Assembly (NCBI GenBank): GCA_963845145.1
Contig: CAWJQU010000005.1
Span: forward strand, 480,001 to 544,000
Length of the DNA stretch: 64,000 bases
From: an uncultured delta proteobacterium
GTDB taxonomy: Bacteria > Desulfobacterota > Desulfobacteria > Desulfobacterales > QNYZ01
Reading direction: 5' to 3'
This document shows positions 12,474 through 23,199 of this stretch, one piece after another (positions within the stretch are counted from its first letter, which is position 1; each line of letters starts with the position of its first letter). The position numbers were made by a program, and so were the translations under genes. The notes beneath the pieces are model-generated. The model had not been told where the DNA came from and ran no database searches. It worked only from the letters and a program-made list of their open reading frames with translations.

Positions 12474-13127
12474 ATGGCCTATTATCCCATCAACCTGGAT
12501 GTTACCGGACGGCCCTGCCTGGTGGTCGGCGGAGGGCGTGTGGGGACTCGCAAAGTCAACGGCCTTTTGGCCTGTGGTGCCAAGGTCGCCGTGGTCAGTA
12601 AAACAACGAGCACCCGCATTAAGGCGCTTGCCAAAGACGATATGATTACCTTTCATCGTCGAGGCTACCAGTCGAATGATTTAAACGATATTTTTCTGGT
12701 TATCGGTGCCACCAATGATACCGACCTTAATCGACGCATTTACGAGGGGGCTCAAAAACGGCGGATTCTTTGCAATATTGCCGACCAGCCCGCTTTGTGC
12801 AATTTTATCCTGCCTGCCGTGGTTCGACGCGGAGATCTATTGGCCACCATATCCACTTCCGGAAAAAGCCCGGCCCTGGCCAAACGGTTACGCAAGGACC
12901 TTGAAAAAATCTATGGCGAGGAATATGCCGAAACGTTATCTTTGATGGGGACGATTCGAAAAAAACTGCTGGCGGAGGCCCATGCCCCTGAGGCTCATAA
13001 ACCGTTGTTCAATGAATTGATCGAAGGGGGGCTGGTCGAAATGGTTCGCGATGGCCGGCATCGTGAAATGGACCTGCTGCTGACAAGCGTCCTCGGACCT
13101 GAATTTCAGCTGAAATTATTAACCTGA
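12474..13127 (+). CDS. sirC: Precorrin-2 dehydrogenase/sirohydrochlorin ferrochelatase (CysG N-terminal/SirC-like)
   Basis: LVVGGGRVGTRK, NIADQP..CNFILPA, ISTSGKSPALAK. Confidence 0.85.
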   Translation: MAYYPINLDVTGRPCLVVGGGRVGTRKVNGLLACGAKVAVVSKTTSTRIKALAKDDMITFHRRGYQSNDLNDIFLVIGATNDTDLNRRIYEGAQKRRILCNIADQPALCNFILPAVVRRGDLLATISTSGKSPALAKRLRKDLEKIYGEEYAETLSLMGTIRKKLLAEAHAPEAHKPLFNELIEGGLVEMVRDGRHREMDLLLTSVLGPEFQLKLLT

Positions 13128-13213
13128 AATGCCATACAATTGGACCTTGAGGACTAAAGGATAGCGCGGACCACCCGCGGCAACCCCCATCATTCTATCG
13201 TAGGGAAAAACGA

Positions 13214-14035
13214 ATGGAATCATTGGTCGTCATTTCTTGCATCTTGTATTTTCTAAGTGCGGTCGGATACCTGGGTTATCTGATTATTCAAAAAGAATGG
13301 CTCCAACAGGCCGGGTTTGGGCTGTTGACACTGGGTTTTGGGCTTCATACGGTTACACTGGCCCTGGCGTGGGTTCATGGGGGGCATATACCCGTGACCA
13401 ACCTGTACGAGACCCTGCTGATGGCCGGTTGGGCCACGGCGGGAATTTACCTGGCACTTAGCTATCGTTTTAATCTCAAGGTGTTTGGTATTTATGCCGC
13501 CCCTTTGATTACGCTGATCATGCTTGTGGCCACTCAGACCCCTCGCGTACCGGCAGAGGCCAAACCAATTTTTGACAACTTTTGGCTGATTATCCATATC
13601 ATCACGATTTTTTTGGGTGAAGCCGCGCTGGCGCTGGCTTGCGGGGTCGGGATTTTATATCTGCTCCAGGAACGCGCCATCAAGTCCAAACATCACGGCT
13701 TTTTCTATAAACGCCTGCCTTCATTGGAAATGTTGGACGGCGTGGGATATACCTGCCTGATTGTAGGCTTTACCCTGATCACGTTTGGACTCATTACCGG
13801 GATCATCTACGCTAAATCAGTCTGGGGACGTTTTTGGAGCTGGGACCCCAAAGAGGTATGGGCCGGCATCACCTGGTTACTCTATGCGGTTCTGCTACAT
13901 GAACGAATGACGGTAGGATGGCGGGGGCGCCGATCGGCCATTTTGGCCATTATCGGATTTGCCGTTGTATTATTTACGTTTTTTGGCGTTAATTTTTTTC
14001 TGAAAGGACATCATGGCATATTTACCCGGTTTTAA
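13214..14035 (+). CDS. ccsA: Cytochrome c biogenesis CcsA/HemX-like membrane protein
   Basis: WGRFWSWDPKE (WWD) motif, conserved His residues, multiple TM helices. Confidence 0.85.
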   Translation: MESLVVISCILYFLSAVGYLGYLIIQKEWLQQAGFGLLTLGFGLHTVTLALAWVHGGHIPVTNLYETLLMAGWATAGIYLALSYRFNLKVFGIYAAPLITLIMLVATQTPRVPAEAKPIFDNFWLIIHIITIFLGEAALALACGVGILYLLQERAIKSKHHGFFYKRLPSLEMLDGVGYTCLIVGFTLITFGLITGIIYAKSVWGRFWSWDPKEVWAGITWLLYAVLLHERMTVGWRGRRSAILAIIGFAVVLFTFFGVNFFLKGHHGIFTRF

Positions 14036-14142
14036 TCCAAATGAACTGATCTTAATATTGGGATTGTTTTCGAACGGTTTAAAAAGCGTCTGATCCGGGT
14101 TGCCGACGGCGAGTGTTTGCCGCCACACCATACTTACTTGGC

Positions 14143-15420
14143 ATGCATCATATTATTCTCATAGGCTTAAGCCACAAAACCGCTCCGGTAGAACTGCGCG
14201 AATGTATCGCCCTGACTGGTGATGAAACCGAGACAGCCCTGACCGGTTTGCGTGCACATTCCGAAGTAACTGAATCCATGGTGTTTTCCACCTGTAACCG
14301 TGTAGAAATTCTGATGGCGGCTGAAAACGTTGATAACGCCGTCCATGCCGCTAAAACCCTTCTATCCGAATCCAAACGAATCCCGATTGAGCAATTTTCA
14401 AAAGCCCTTTACATTCACCACGATGACGCCGCCGTTCGTCATATATTTCGCGTGGCTTCAAGTCTGGACTCCATGGTTGTGGGGGAACCGCAAATTTTGG
14501 GCCAGATCAAAGACGCCTATCTAACCGCCACCCGTCAAAAAACATCCGGCCCCCTATTGAACCGACTGCTTCATCGGGCGTTCTTTGTTGCCAAGCGGAT
14601 TCGATCGGAAACCGGAATTGGCGACAGGGCGGTTTCCATCAGCTATGCCGCCATTGAATTGGGGCGCAAGATATTCGGATCAATAAATGGAATAAAGGTG
14701 TTGCTGATCGGTGCCGGAGAGATGGCCGAACTGGCGATTGAACACCTCGTGGGCCAGCAGGCGGGTGATATCATTGTGGCCAATCGGACCTTTGAGCGGG
14801 GCCTGGCCCTCGCCAAACAGTTTAATGGCCGGGCGATCCATTTTGATGAATGGATAGACCAGCTGAAGTCCGTCGATATCGTGATCAGTTCCACCGGTGC
14901 AACCGATTACGTCATCACCCGGAGTCAGGTCAAGAAATGCCTGCGTGGCCGTCGCAATCGCCCCCTGTTTTTTATCGATATCGCCGTTCCGCGTGATATC
15001 GATCCCAAAATCCACCGCCTTTCCAATACTTATGTTTACGATATCGATGACCTTAAGGCGGTTGTGGATGAAAACATGAAAGACCGGCGCCAGGAAGCCG
15101 CCAAGGGGGAACGGATTGTCGCCGAGGCCGCTGTCCAGTTTAAACAATGGTATGAAAGCCTTCAGGTCGTACCGACAATCGTGGCGTTGCGAAAAAAAAT
15201 CGAATCAATTATTGACCATGAAATCGACGTCACCCTCTCTTCATTAAATGGCCTTTCAAGCGATGAGAAAAAAGCAATGGCCCGGATGAAGGCCGCTCTC
15301 GTCAATAAAGTGCTTCATGATCCCACCATTTTTTTGAAAAAAAACGGTTGTCGTGAAGACCGGGCTCTCTATCTGGACGTTACCCGCAAATTATTCGACC
15401 TGGATAGCCAGGGGCGCTAG
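14143..15420 (+). CDS. hemA: Glutamyl-tRNA reductase
   Basis: HKTAPVELRE, STCNRVE, LDSMVVGEPQILGQ, GAGEM, DIAVPRD. Confidence 0.95.
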   Translation: MHHIILIGLSHKTAPVELRECIALTGDETETALTGLRAHSEVTESMVFSTCNRVEILMAAENVDNAVHAAKTLLSESKRIPIEQFSKALYIHHDDAAVRHIFRVASSLDSMVVGEPQILGQIKDAYLTATRQKTSGPLLNRLLHRAFFVAKRIRSETGIGDRAVSISYAAIELGRKIFGSINGIKVLLIGAGEMAELAIEHLVGQQAGDIIVANRTFERGLALAKQFNGRAIHFDEWIDQLKSVDIVISSTGATDYVITRSQVKKCLRGRRNRPLFFIDIAVPRDIDPKIHRLSNTYVYDIDDLKAVVDENMKDRRQEAAKGERIVAEAAVQFKQWYESLQVVPTIVALRKKIESIIDHEIDVTLSSLNGLSSDEKKAMARMKAALVNKVLHDPTIFLKKNGCREDRALYLDVTRKLFDLDSQGR

Positions 15421-15503
15421 CCCGGGGAGTTTGTTCTTGAGAGATTTAACTTTTTGTATTTACAATATTTTTTAAAGTTTGCGGATTTAGCATTCATCGA
15501 TAT

Positions 15504-15532
15504 TTGACAATGAAATACAATCAATATATATT
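15504..15532 (+). promoter_or_regulatory. Sigma70 promoter of dksA
   Basis: TTGACA-N17-TATATT. Confidence 0.65.
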
Positions 15533-15592
15533 CCATAATTCGATTTTATTCCGATTCAGTATCGAACTTGCCTTTTTTAAAAGAGGTTCACC

Positions 15593-15955
15593 ATGAAAAA
15601 GAAAGACGTCGAATTTTTCAAGAAGCTATTAAGTGACCGTTTGGACGAACTGTTAAGCCGTGGGGACGATACCGTTTCCGGTATGACCATACCCAAAGAA
15701 AATTTTCCTGACCCCACGGATCGGGCCACCCTGGAAACCGACCGGAACTTTATGTTGCGTATTAGGGACCGTGAGCACAAGCTTATCAAAAAGGTTAAAA
15801 AAACCTTGAAGCGGATCGACAACGGGTCCTTTGGTACCTGTGAGAATTGTGGGGAGCCGATCTCTATCAAACGGCTCAAGGCACGACCCGTAACGACCCA
15901 ATGCATCGATTGTAAAACCCAGGAAGAAGCCAAAGAAAAAGCGCTTGGACTTTAG
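15593..15955 (+). CDS. dksA: RNA polymerase-binding protein DksA
   Basis: FPDPTDRA coiled-coil tip; C4 zinc finger CENC...CIDC. Confidence 0.92.
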   Translation: MKKKDVEFFKKLLSDRLDELLSRGDDTVSGMTIPKENFPDPTDRATLETDRNFMLRIRDREHKLIKKVKKTLKRIDNGSFGTCENCGEPISIKRLKARPVTTQCIDCKTQEEAKEKALGL

Positions 15956-16826
15956 GAAAAGCCGGTATCGGGGAATAGATCTCCATACGCATTCCACGGC
16001 CTCGGACGGCACTTTAACACCGCTCGAAATTATCGCCCTGGCTGCACAATCAAACCTTGCGGCCATTTCAATTACCGATCACGATACCCTGGAAGGGGTC
16101 CGGCAAATATCAACTGCCGCCCTACCGGCGGGCTTGCAATTTCTGTCCGGCATTGAAATCAGCACATCCCCGCCGACCTCTTTTCCTATTTCCGGCAGTT
16201 TACATATACTTGGCTATGGTATCCGTGTCGACGATCCGGCATTAAATACTATTCTGGGTCAATTGAAAACATCCCGCGATAATCGGACCCCGGGCATCAT
16301 TGCCAAGTTAAATGGGCTTGGTTTTAACATCAGCTATGCAGAGGTCCACCGCCTTGCGGGAGATGGTCAGGTGGGACGACCCCACGTTGCTGCCTGTATG
16401 GTAAAAAAGGGCTACGCCGCAAGTATGGATGACGCCTTCAGCCGGTACCTGGGTCATGGCAAGCCGGCTTATGTGGACCGGTATCGAATTACGGCCACGG
16501 AGGCTATTTCCCTGGTTCGCGCTGCCGGTGGCGTCCCGGTGTTAGCTCACCCCATGTTATACGGTTTGCCTGATGTTGAGTCGGTACAGTTATTGGTCGA
16601 AGAACTGATTAAAGCTGGGATAATGGGCATCGAAGTGTATTATCCCGATCATTCCGAGGTATTTACTCGCCAACTCAGTGCCCTGGCCCAACAACGAGAT
16701 TTGCTGATGACCGGCGGAACCGATTTTCACGGGGACTTAAAGCCGGACACGCATCTGGGTATGGGCACCGGCGATTTTTGGGTACCGTTTGGCCTGTTTG
16801 AAAAGCTACAGGCTGTGATCTCATAA
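15945..16826 (+). CDS. PHP-domain phosphoesterase (TrpH/YciV-like)
   Basis: DLHTHSTASDG, ITDHDT, LAHP, GGTDFHG. Confidence 0.9.
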   Translation: MDFRKSRYRGIDLHTHSTASDGTLTPLEIIALAAQSNLAAISITDHDTLEGVRQISTAALPAGLQFLSGIEISTSPPTSFPISGSLHILGYGIRVDDPALNTILGQLKTSRDNRTPGIIAKLNGLGFNISYAEVHRLAGDGQVGRPHVAACMVKKGYAASMDDAFSRYLGHGKPAYVDRYRITATEAISLVRAAGGVPVLAHPMLYGLPDVESVQLLVEELIKAGIMGIEVYYPDHSEVFTRQLSALAQQRDLLMTGGTDFHGDLKPDTHLGMGTGDFWVPFGLFEKLQAVIS

Positions 16827-16870
16827 GGGTTAACCGAACAGTCAAATGAAACAAAGGATCTGGTCTTACG

Positions 16871-17593
16871 ATGTCAGTGGAGAAAAAAATCGCCTGTGAC
16901 CCGGAACCCACCGGACATTCACCGGAATCTTTACAAGAGAAACTGGGTTATGCCTTTAAAAACCCCCGGTTGTTAAAAGAAGCCCTGACCCATCCGACTT
17001 TTGCCCACGAACATCCCGCCCCGGAGTTAAGCGACAATCAACGCCTGGAATTTCTCGGGGATGCAGTCTTGAATCTCGTGGTGGGCCATCTGCTGATGCA
17101 ACACTATCCCAAGGCCCGGGAGGGCGAGTTGACGCGCATGCGGGCCAATCTGGTAAGTGAGGCCGGTCTGTCCAAGTTGGCCCGCGACCTCGGTCTTGGC
17201 CCCCATATTCGGCTGGGCCGAGGCGAACAAGCCAGCCATGGACAAAAAAAGAGATCGATTCTGGCCGATGCCATGGAAGCGCTGATGGCAGCCGTCTATC
17301 TGGATAGTGGTGGAGATAGGGCCTTTGGGGTCATAGAAAGACTGTTTTCTCCATTGCTGGGCCATGCACCTACGGATCCGAAAACCGATCTCCAGGAGCT
17401 GGCTCAAAAAAAATATGGCGTCGTACCGGATTATGAGGTCGTTGCGGAATCCGGCCCGGACCATGACAAGACCTTTGTGGTCAAGCTAAGCCTTAACGAA
17501 CTTTCCACTACCGGAGAGGGGAAAAGCAAAAAGGTGGCGGAAAAAAATGCTGCGGTAAATGCGCTCAAAACCCTTTCCGAAAATGCCGGATGA
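16871..17593 (+). CDS. rnc: Ribonuclease III
   Basis: NQRLEFLGDAVL signature; C-terminal dsRBD (DPKTDLQE..GPDHDKTF..GKSKK). Confidence 0.95.
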   Translation: MSVEKKIACDPEPTGHSPESLQEKLGYAFKNPRLLKEALTHPTFAHEHPAPELSDNQRLEFLGDAVLNLVVGHLLMQHYPKAREGELTRMRANLVSEAGLSKLARDLGLGPHIRLGRGEQASHGQKKRSILADAMEALMAAVYLDSGGDRAFGVIERLFSPLLGHAPTDPKTDLQELAQKKYGVVPDYEVVAESGPDHDKTFVVKLSLNELSTTGEGKSKKVAEKNAAVNALKTLSENAG

Positions 17594-18672
17594 GTGGCGA
17601 ACGCTCACCGCTGATTGCACCTGTCTTTTTACCCCATGCCGGCTGTCCGCACCAGTGTGTTTTTTGCAACCAGCATTCCGTCACCGGTACCGACCCGGCG
17701 GCTTGGGGAAGCGAGACCGTATCAAAAACAATGGAAACGTTTGTCGGCATTCAACCTCTGGGCGAACGCACGGTACAGATCGCCTTTTACGGCGGTAATT
17801 TTCTCGGGTTGCCGGAAGAGACGATTCATACATTGCTGACCGCTGCACGCCATTTTGTTAGTGAAGGGCGGGCGCACGGTATTCGCTTTTCAACGCGCCC
17901 GGAAACAGTGACCAACGAAAAAATCGCTCTGATCCGCCGGTACCCGGTGGACACCGTGGAAATCGGCGCGCAATCCATGTCGGATCGGGTGCTGGCGCTC
18001 TCCCGCAGAGGGCATAAAGCTGCCGATACGATCGGTGCGGCACGATTGCTCCAAAAAAACGGCTATGAGACCGGAATTCAGATGATGGTGGGGCTGCCCG
18101 GCGACGATGATCAAACCGCACTGGCCTCGGGTGCGGCCATTGCCGCTTTAGCGCCCGCCTTTGTTCGCATTTACCCGACGGTCGTCCTGGCCGGCAGTCC
18201 GCTGGGACAATGGTATACTCAGGAGCGCTACCGGCCGCTGACACTGGATAAGGCGGTAGAAGTAACCAAACGGCTATGGTCCGTTTTTACCCATGCCGGG
18301 ATTCCGGTGGTGCGTATGGGTTTGCAGGCTTCAAGGGACCTGGACCGTGGCACCGCAGTGATGGCGGGGCCGTATCACCCGGCGTTTGGCCACCTGGTTT
18401 TCGAAGCACTGCTTTTTGATGCAGTCCGTGATAGCATTGCGCATCGACCGGATAATGGCCCCATTGATATTCGGGTGCATCCTCGAAATCTGTCGAAATT
18501 ATACGGATTGAATCGTCAAAACCGGAAGCGAATGATGGATTATTTTCATCCCCGGCCGGTGAATATCAAAACCGATCCGGACATCGCTCCAAATGATATG
18601 ATTGTAAATCGCCGTCACTGCCATTTATACGGCGAAACGGGCCCCACTATTTTAAATGGAACGTTATCTTAA
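17590..18672 (+). CDS. Elp3/YhcC-like radical SAM protein
   Basis: GCPHQCVFCNQ, AFYGGNF, STRPE, RIYPT, AGPYHPAFG. Confidence 0.85.
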   Translation: MSGERSPLIAPVFLPHAGCPHQCVFCNQHSVTGTDPAAWGSETVSKTMETFVGIQPLGERTVQIAFYGGNFLGLPEETIHTLLTAARHFVSEGRAHGIRFSTRPETVTNEKIALIRRYPVDTVEIGAQSMSDRVLALSRRGHKAADTIGAARLLQKNGYETGIQMMVGLPGDDDQTALASGAAIAALAPAFVRIYPTVVLAGSPLGQWYTQERYRPLTLDKAVEVTKRLWSVFTHAGIPVVRMGLQASRDLDRGTAVMAGPYHPAFGHLVFEALLFDAVRDSIAHRPDNGPIDIRVHPRNLSKLYGLNRQNRKRMMDYFHPRPVNIKTDPDIAPNDMIVNRRHCHLYGETGPTILNGTLS

Positions 18673-21143
18673 TGCGCCTTCGAACCATCTTGTTGGTTTT
18701 ATCTCTTTTGGCGTTTTTGTCCGCCTCTGTGGGTGGTTTCCTGTTTTACGCCACCCTGCGGACAGATGCGATCCAAGAGGCAGAGCGCCGAATGGTTTCC
18801 CGCCTGGACATGATCCATAAAAATATCGACTCGTTTCTCTCCGAAAACGTCAAGCCGGTTAAAACCTTGGCCGGGCTGCAGGAACTGCGTCAATTGCTGA
18901 CTGATCCTTCCGATCTGGGAACCCGCCAAAAAGCCAACGCCATTTTGGATCATTTCAAATATTCCCTTCAAACAGGGGTGTGCTATCTCATGGACGCCCA
19001 GGGCACGACCATCGCCTCCAGCAACCGTGATGATGCGGATAGCTTTGTGGGTGAAAATTTTGCCTTCCGTCCCTATTTCATCCAAGCTTTTGAGCGCGCA
19101 CCGGCCCGGTACCTGGCCCTGGGGGTGACGTCGGAAAAACGGGGGGCCTATTTCAGCTTTCCGGTATTTGATGATGACGAGGAGGCTATTATCGGTCTGG
19201 CCGTTATCAAGGCACCCATTGAAAATATTGAAAAACAGCTGGAGTTGCTCTCCGATGAGGTCGTACTGGTTACAGATCCCAATGGCGTCATTTTTATTTC
19301 TACGCGAACCGATTGGCTCTATCATACCCTGACACCACTCTCATCCACCCAGAAAGCCACCGTTGCCCTTTCGCGCCAATTTGGGCCAGGACCATGGAAC
19401 TGGGTAGGGCTCGATATCAAAGATGACAATACTGCCGTTGACCAGGACGGCCGGAACTATCTTTTTCACCGCATTAATCTGGAGAGCTATCCGGGATGGA
19501 AAATTCTGCACCTGCAAAGTCTTCAGGCCATTGCCGCGAATGTTTCCCGCCCACTGATTCAAATCGCCGGCCCCGTTATACTAACCTTATGCTTTCTGAT
19601 CGGTTTATCGGTATTTTTTCTGTACCGGAGGGCCAGCAGCGATATTTTGAGGCGTCGATCAGCGGAGATGGCCCTTCGTGAAGGCGAAGAAAGGTACCGA
19701 TCTTTGTATCATGACACACCCGCTATGCTCCACTCCATCGATGCCCAGGGACACTTGATCAGCGTCAGTGATTACTGGACCGAAGCCATGGGGTATGCAC
19801 GGGAAGAGGTCATCGGGAACCCATTGACCGGCTATCTCACAGTCCAATCACGGCAATATGCAAAACAGGTTATTTTCCCCGCTTTTTTTAAAACCGGGTT
19901 CTGCAAAGATGTGCCGTACCGTTTTGTAAAAAAAGACGGTGGCATCATCGATGTTTTATTGTCGGCCGTGGCGGTTCGGGACAAACAGGATAAAATAATT
20001 CGATCACTGGCTGTTTCCGTTGATGTTACCGAACGAAAAAAAGCGGCAGAAGCCCTGCGTCAGGCCAAAGAACAATTAAGCCGCTACTCAAAAGATTTAG
20101 AGCGCCAGGTAAAAGAGCGCACCCGGGAAATAACGGGCATCTTAAAATATACGCCCGATGTGGTCTATATTAAGGACCTTCAGGGGCGCTATGTACTGAT
20201 CAATACCCGCTATGAAGAGATTCTGGGACAAACGACTGCCCAGGTGCATGGTCGTATTGATACGGATATTCTTCCCGCCGGCGCGGCCAACGAACGGACA
20301 GCCAATGACCAAAGGGCGCTAACCGAGGGTCGTCCCGTCCAGGTGGAAGAGCATTTTCAACATAAGGATGGCGTTCACGATTACCTATCGGTAAAATTTC
20401 CATTGTACGATGATATGGGTCGGGCCAGCGGGGTTTGCAACATCTCTACGGATATCACCGCCGAAAAACGGGCCCGGGATCAGCTGCGTCGATTGTCGGC
20501 AGGGGTCATGGCCGCCCACGAAGCCGAGCGTTCCGCCATCGCCCGAGAATTACACGACGAGCTGGGGCAGGTACTCACGGCCCTTCGTATGGATTCGGTC
20601 TGGATGGCTGAACGGTTAAAAGAAATTGATGCCGAGGCCGCAAAACGGGCATTGGCCATGCGCGATCTGATCGACCAAAATATCGAGGACGTTCGCGGTT
20701 TAGCCATTCGTTTGCGGCCGGGCATTCTGGATGATCTGGGATTGGTGGACGCCCTTGAGTGGCTGACTGCTGATTTTGAGAAGCGGACGGAAATCACCTG
20801 TCTGTTTGAGCATCAAACAATTCCTTCTTTATCCAATGCGGTATCAACGGCCATTTACCGCATCACTCAGGAAGCACTGACCAATGTCGGTCGACACGCG
20901 CAAGCTGATCATGTGACGGTACGTTTATTTCTCAAAAACGGGGACCTGACTCTGGCCGTTATCGATGACGGCCGCGGATTCCATGTCGACACGCTGGCTC
21001 AATCGGAAGGGTTGGGGATTGTCGGTATTCAGGAGCGGGCGATGTTGGTAGGTGGTACCCTTAAGGTAACATCCGCTCCGCGCGAGGGGGCTCGAATCGG
21101 TTTGATCGTTCCCTTATCCGGCCATGGTGGAGGAAGCGCATGA
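18672..21143 (+). CDS. Membrane sensor histidine kinase (Cache + 2 PAS + HisKA_3/HATPase)
   Basis: Two TMs around a DctB-like Cache domain (FRPYF); ARELHDELGQ H-box; QEALTNV and DDGRGF boxes. Confidence 0.9.
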   Translation: MRLRTILLVLSLLAFLSASVGGFLFYATLRTDAIQEAERRMVSRLDMIHKNIDSFLSENVKPVKTLAGLQELRQLLTDPSDLGTRQKANAILDHFKYSLQTGVCYLMDAQGTTIASSNRDDADSFVGENFAFRPYFIQAFERAPARYLALGVTSEKRGAYFSFPVFDDDEEAIIGLAVIKAPIENIEKQLELLSDEVVLVTDPNGVIFISTRTDWLYHTLTPLSSTQKATVALSRQFGPGPWNWVGLDIKDDNTAVDQDGRNYLFHRINLESYPGWKILHLQSLQAIAANVSRPLIQIAGPVILTLCFLIGLSVFFLYRRASSDILRRRSAEMALREGEERYRSLYHDTPAMLHSIDAQGHLISVSDYWTEAMGYAREEVIGNPLTGYLTVQSRQYAKQVIFPAFFKTGFCKDVPYRFVKKDGGIIDVLLSAVAVRDKQDKIIRSLAVSVDVTERKKAAEALRQAKEQLSRYSKDLERQVKERTREITGILKYTPDVVYIKDLQGRYVLINTRYEEILGQTTAQVHGRIDTDILPAGAANERTANDQRALTEGRPVQVEEHFQHKDGVHDYLSVKFPLYDDMGRASGVCNISTDITAEKRARDQLRRLSAGVMAAHEAERSAIARELHDELGQVLTALRMDSVWMAERLKEIDAEAAKRALAMRDLIDQNIEDVRGLAIRLRPGILDDLGLVDALEWLTADFEKRTEITCLFEHQTIPSLSNAVSTAIYRITQEALTNVGRHAQADHVTVRLFLKNGDLTLAVIDDGRGFHVDTLAQSEGLGIVGIQERAMLVGGTLKVTSAPREGARIGLIVPLSGHGGGSA

Positions 21144-21778
21144 TACGTGTTTTATTGGCGGATGATCATAGCATTGTTCGTGACGGATTGCGTCGCATCA
21201 TTGAGGCCAACGGCCAGATGTCCGTGGTGGCAGAAACCGCCGATGGCCATGATGCCGTCACCCAGGCCCGCCAAACAAAACCGGATGTGGCAGTGATCGA
21301 TATCTCCATGCCGGGGCTGGATGGGCTCGAGGTTACTAGTCGCCTGGCAAACTATTGTCCGGATTTGCCTGTTCTGATTTTAACCATGCACGAAGAGGAT
21401 CAATACATCATTCGGGCCATAGAAGCCGGCGCCAAAGGATATATCACCAAACGATCCGCACCGGAACAACTGGTGAATGCGATTGAAAGGATTCACCAGG
21501 GCGGCCGGTATCTTACGGACGCAGCCACGGAAGTCCTGGCTCTGCGTGTGGCCAAGGGAGGCAGGGATCGTTCGCCGCTGGACACCCTTTCCATGCGTGA
21601 GCTGCAAGTGTTGCGCCGACTGGCCAAAGGCCATACCAATCGGGAAATCGCCGAAACTTACGGCATCAGCATCAAGACGGTGGATACCTATCGTGCCCGC
21701 CTGCTAAAAAAACTCAGTTTGCGCAACAATGCCGAGTTGTCACGCTTTGCTATTTTAAATAAACTGATTGACGTCTAA
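21140..21778 (+). CDS. NarL/LuxR-family response regulator
   Basis: LADDH, DISMPG, LSMRELQVL..KTVDTYR HTH; ATGA-coupled to the kinase. Confidence 0.92.
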   Translation: MIRVLLADDHSIVRDGLRRIIEANGQMSVVAETADGHDAVTQARQTKPDVAVIDISMPGLDGLEVTSRLANYCPDLPVLILTMHEEDQYIIRAIEAGAKGYITKRSAPEQLVNAIERIHQGGRYLTDAATEVLALRVAKGGRDRSPLDTLSMRELQVLRRLAKGHTNREIAETYGISIKTVDTYRARLLKKLSLRNNAELSRFAILNKLIDV

Positions 21779-22199
21779 AGATTGCGATTACAAAACTCGC
21801 GTGTAAGAAAAAATACGACACAACAATCAGAAATACTCCAATTGACGATTCTGAAATTATTTAATAAATTCATAGTTAATTCATTCGTAAGTTCTTCTAA
21901 TAATCTTAGCTAGATTCGAATACTTCTGGCCGGAAACCTCGTAACTTCAACATTTACGCCACCTCGTTTCTGGAAGGGGCCTGATTAACAAATAAGGATA
22001 AAAATAAAAAAAAGGAGGTGTCTGCCACGGTCAGTTCATAACATGAAAGGGAAAATCCCGAAAAGCGGTATTTGTGGAAGAGTATATGTCATCTTCCCCT
22101 CATTTTTAATAACGTTGCAGGGGCGGTTTTAACAGGGGCAGCTTTAAAAGGTTCGATTTTGAATTTGTCTCGTTCAAACTATTTTAGGAGGAGTTTAAA

Positions 22200-23174
22200 A
22201 TGAAACAAAAGTTTTTTAATGTGATTGTCGGCCTGTGTGCATTTTCAATGATAACTTTTATTTTTTCCGTGAATTCGTTTGCCAAGGAGAGAATCGTTTT
22301 CGGCGGCGGTCCCGCTGGCGGAACATTCCAGGTGGTTGCCAACGGCATTCAGGTTTATAAACCGGTTAAAGAGGTAACAGATTTTACCGTAAAGGCGCAA
22401 TCATCGGCCGGTTCGGTGGAAAATTTAAGGAAAACCAATTCCGGCAAACAGCAAATGAGTGTCGTCTATTCCGGTCATGTGTTCCTGGGTATGAACGGGA
22501 TGATGAAAAATGATACCAAGAAATATACCGATGTACTCGCGGTGGCCTGGCTTTATGGTGCTCCGGCGCAGCTGGTGACCAAAAAGGGATCCGGCATCAA
22601 TAGCGTTAAGGATCTTGCCGGAAAAAAAGTGGGTGTCGGCAATGCCGGTTCCGGAGCTTTTGCCAACTGTGAGCTGTTTTTCAGCCACATGGGTGTCTGG
22701 GACAAGATCGAGCGAAATGCCATGGGGTACAATGATGCCGCAGCCGCCTTCGGTAACAATCAGCTGGATGCATTCTGGCTTTTTACCGCCTTTCCGAGTG
22801 GTGCCGTAATTATGGCCGCCCAGACCAACGACATCGCCCTGCTCGACCTGGACAAGGATGCCGAAGCTTCCGGTTTTTATAAAAAATATCCTTATTTCGG
22901 GAAACTGGCAGTGCCTGCCGGAACTTACCGGGGCGTGGACTATGACGCAGGTTCGTTCCAGGATAGCGCGCTGTGGGTGGCCAATTCCAAGGTGTCTGAC
23001 GATACGATTTACAAGCTCCTTTCACTCATCTATACAGATGAGGGGTTGAAGCATATGGTCGATCAGAAAAAAACCTTCAAGAACATGAGTTTGAAAACCG
23101 GCGCCACCAATATCGTGACACCATTCCATCCGGGTGCCGAGAAGTTCTGGAAAGAAAAAGGCATGCTGAAATAA
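22200..23174 (+). CDS. TAXI-family TRAP solute-binding protein
   Basis: Signal peptide; GGPAGGTF, SAGSVEN, GNAGSG, PFHPGA. Confidence 0.9.
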   Translation: MKQKFFNVIVGLCAFSMITFIFSVNSFAKERIVFGGGPAGGTFQVVANGIQVYKPVKEVTDFTVKAQSSAGSVENLRKTNSGKQQMSVVYSGHVFLGMNGMMKNDTKKYTDVLAVAWLYGAPAQLVTKKGSGINSVKDLAGKKVGVGNAGSGAFANCELFFSHMGVWDKIERNAMGYNDAAAAFGNNQLDAFWLFTAFPSGAVIMAAQTNDIALLDLDKDAEASGFYKKYPYFGKLAVPAGTYRGVDYDAGSFQDSALWVANSKVSDDTIYKLLSLIYTDEGLKHMVDQKKTFKNMSLKTGATNIVTPFHPGAEKFWKEKGMLK

Positions 23175-23199
23175 AAGTGGATCTATGCTCCATAATACA

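Noticed and set aside
12474..15420. ccsA inside a haem biosynthesis operon as a novelty
   Set aside because: The sirC-ccsA-hemA arrangement is common in deltaproteobacteria
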